Shown here piece after piece: positions 63,338 to 64,000 of a DNA stretch of 64,000 bases. This stretch comes from Phoronis australis. Its lineage: Eukaryota > Animalia > Phoronida. A program made the position numbers and the translations under genes. Numbering within the stretch: the stretch's first letter is position 1; each line of letters opens with the position of its first letter. The notes under the pieces are model-generated. The model had not been told where the DNA came from. It did no database searches and saw nothing but the letters and a program-made list of their open reading frames with translations. Location of the stretch: assembly GCA_002633005.1 (NCBI GenBank), contig NMRA01000119.1, positions 580,698-644,697 on the forward strand, written 5' to 3'.

Positions 63338-64000
63338 TAGTCCGGTCCCTTAGCAGCCAAAAACCCCAAAACATTTACATCCCGGATTAAAGCACCAAAG
63401 TTGGTACACAGATACTTTGGGACACGCTGAATCTCATGAGGGTCGGTTGCCCGAAATTTAGGGTCAAGGTCAAGGTCAAAGGTCACGTAGGCATTTTTTG
63501 AAATGACTTGACACAAAGTATCTGCTTCATTGCTGTTTCAGGTGATAAGCAGGATACTTTATTTTGATTTCAAATTAATGTTGATAACTTCTAAAAAACA
63601 AGTTAAAAGCATAAAAGTAATTTTCCTGACACTTAAGATGGTAATGATCATAATTAATAGAGCATAAATATTTTCAATGGAAATTAAGTCTATTTGTTTT
63701 CTCTAGCTGAGAAAAACTGTCAAACTAGTATGAATATGCATTAAGTCAACTCTAGAATGTTTAACCTTTTACAGAACTTCATTTTTAAATGTCTTTGTCA
63801 AAATATTTATAATTAATTATGTAACAAATCGTCTCTGTAATTAAAGGAAATCGGACATTTTTCTAAATTTTCAAAGAACAATTGCTGAAATTTTTATCAT
63901 CATTTTTAATTTGATCATAGCTAAAGGTTAATTTGTTAATTAATGTGTTTATATTTTAGTTTGAACTTGATGGTGACATAAGTTAAACCAATTAAGGTAA
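63338..64000. mobile_element. Terminal region of a probable Academ-type element running off the window
   Basis: TAGTCCGG start, then ACCAAAGTTGGTACACAG and GGTCAAGGTCAAGGTCAAAGGTCA subterminal motifs; the partner end is not visible. Confidence 0.4.

Overview
AT-rich, intron- and transposon-rich metazoan genomic DNA from a draft assembly with two N-gaps and two single-N haplotype overlaps. The TE content (Kolobok, Academ, Penelope, DIRS-like, Gypsy, CR1/L2-group LINEs, many MITEs) suggests an aquatic invertebrate, but that is inference. The one host gene I can reconstruct is a six-coding-exon GT7 beta-1,4-glycosyltransferase (B4GALT/bre-4 family) on the minus strand, 32240->13469. It encodes 408 aa, has only GT-AG introns and keeps its frame throughout. 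It retains the catalytic motifs but has Lys at the bovine B4GalT1 Arg228 position, Phe at Tyr289 and a remodelled acceptor site, which points to a non-standard (possibly UDP-glucose) donor. Other highlights: two inverted, closely spaced Kolobok derivatives (TTAA TSD, ~150-bp TIRs), one with an open THAP ORF converging on a P2X7-ballast-like KolX remnant; a Penelope 3' end with a minimal hammerhead ribozyme; a solo LTR; a decayed Academ; MITEs with 5-bp TSDs; and a hairpin motif seen three times, once attached to a tRNA-like head. Most short ORFs in the supplied track are noise or TE fragments.
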